Source: Octopus vulgaris
Taxonomy: Eukaryota
Direction: 5' to 3'
NCBI GenBank assembly: GCA_951406725.2
Contig: OX597835.1
Span: forward strand, 37,758,001-37,822,000
Length of the DNA stretch: 64,000 bases
This document shows positions 63,640-64,000 of this stretch, one piece after another. The first letter of the stretch is position 1. Each line of letters begins with the position of its first letter. The position numbers and the translations under genes are program-made. The notes beneath the pieces were generated by a model. It did not search any database. It was not told the DNA's origin and worked only from the letters and a program-made list of their open reading frames with translations.

Positions 63640-63841
63640 GTGTGACCACGTATATATCATTGGCGATTTTCTTTCTCCATTTTCCCTTCCTTGGACCTTT
63701 CCTTTTTCTATGTTTCTGATGAAGAGCTCTGCTCAAAACATTAAATCCTCCTTCTTTCTTTCCTTTCCTGAGTGTCCAATAACACTATATTTGTTCCACA
63801 TCCTCGCATTGTGTTTTCTCTTTGTTCATGTTTGGATTAAC

Positions 63842-63842
<1 letters not shown>
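63640..63842 (+). mobile_element. Penelope-like terminal repeat relic with degenerate minimal hammerhead (63712-63746)
   Basis: GTTT-CTGATGA-A-GAGC-TCT-GCTC-AAAACATT-AAAT; homologous to 43370-43575. Confidence 0.62.
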
Positions 63843-63889
<47 letters not shown>

Positions 63890-63891
<2 letters not shown>

Positions 63892-64000
63892 GTAATCCCT
63901 CACCATATCGCGGTTCACCTCACCTATCGCAATTTATTATTTGAGCATATGTCAATTCCTCTGTGGTATTGTGTTGCACTCATAATTGTGAAATCATGGG
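63890..64000 (+). mobile_element. Left end of a Tigger/pogo-like DNA element
   Basis: CAGTAATCCCTCACCATATCGCGGTTCAC resembles Tigger-type TIRs; truncated by the window edge. Confidence 0.5.

Overview
Repeat-rich, AT-rich animal genomic DNA. The SINE, LINE and microsatellite content suggests a cephalopod, probably Octopus (inference). I can support only one host exon (1006-1110, +), so the rest is probably one very long intron. The dominant structure is a ~28.7 kb composite: 41 near-identical ~605 bp tandem units (2172-26966) fused to the 5' end of an intact RTE-clade LINE. The LINE ORF (27139-30306) encodes an APE endonuclease and a reverse transcriptase with a PHD-type finger inserted in it, followed by a 3' UTR and (GAT)n tail to 30918. 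The two flanks rejoin into a single older antisense RTE tail, so array and LINE occupy one insertion site. The array also shows dimeric and 10-11-mer higher-order structure. Other notable items: a ~400 bp spacerless palindrome with two back-to-back hammerhead ribozymes, minimal Penelope-type hammerhead relics, a 28S rRNA fragment with a possible TSD, a bipartite RTE-derived element nested in a TTAA MITE, R4/Dong and mariner relics, a solo LTR and many tRNA-derived SINEs. Most short ORFs in the track are microsatellite artefacts.
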